NCBI GenBank assembly: GCA_951406725.2
Contig: OX597817.1
Location: forward strand, 128,402,001-128,466,000
Direction of reading: 5' to 3'
From: Octopus vulgaris
Taxonomy: Eukaryota
Length of the DNA stretch: 64,000 bases
In this document: positions 63,846-64,000 of the stretch, one piece after another
Numbering within the stretch: the first letter of the stretch is position 1
Layout: each line of letters opens with the position of its first letter
The notes under the pieces: generated by a model
What the model was told of the DNA's origin: nothing
Database searches by the model: none
What the model saw: the letters and a program-made list of their open reading frames with translations, nothing else
Made by a program: the position numbers and the translations under genes

Positions 63846-64000
63846 CATGTATATATATGTATTTATGTATGTATGCATGCCTGTATAAATGTACGTGTAT
63901 ATATATATATATACATATATAATTATTATTTGAGGGAATAAAATCCAAACTTAATGTAATTTTGGTACGTATATCTGTATGTATATATATGTATATATAT

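Overview
AT-rich, microsatellite-saturated eukaryotic DNA, intronic or intergenic. Its SINE families resemble those known from octopus (the taxon is an inference). No intact host protein-coding gene can be supported: nearly all supplied ORFs are translations of simple repeats, SINEs or transposon pseudogenes. The window is a nested transposon landscape. (1) About 30 tRNA-derived SINE copies of at least three types. (2) A 3.1-kb 5'-truncated R4/Dong-type (RT plus restriction-like endonuclease) retrotransposon inside a (TAA)n tract, and related fragments inside (ATAC)n and mixed trinucleotide tracts. (3) RTE, Tx1/L1 and Penelope (GIY-YIG) remnants. (4) Two ~98%-identical, convergent, identically crippled mariner copies bracketing a DD37D maT element and a head-to-tail Helitron array. 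(5) A Tigger/pogo deletion derivative and decayed Helitron Pif1 helicase fragments. The most notable hidden signal is non-coding: at least three complete type I hammerhead ribozyme folds (5721-5792 +, 51302-51362 -, 57158-57249 +) with long stem II and mostly palindromic stem III, plus several minimal ones. They lie in small microsatellite-associated cassettes and in a Penelope tail, next to recurrent fold-back hairpins in (TA)n tracts. Coordinates of decayed elements are approximate and all calls were made by eye.
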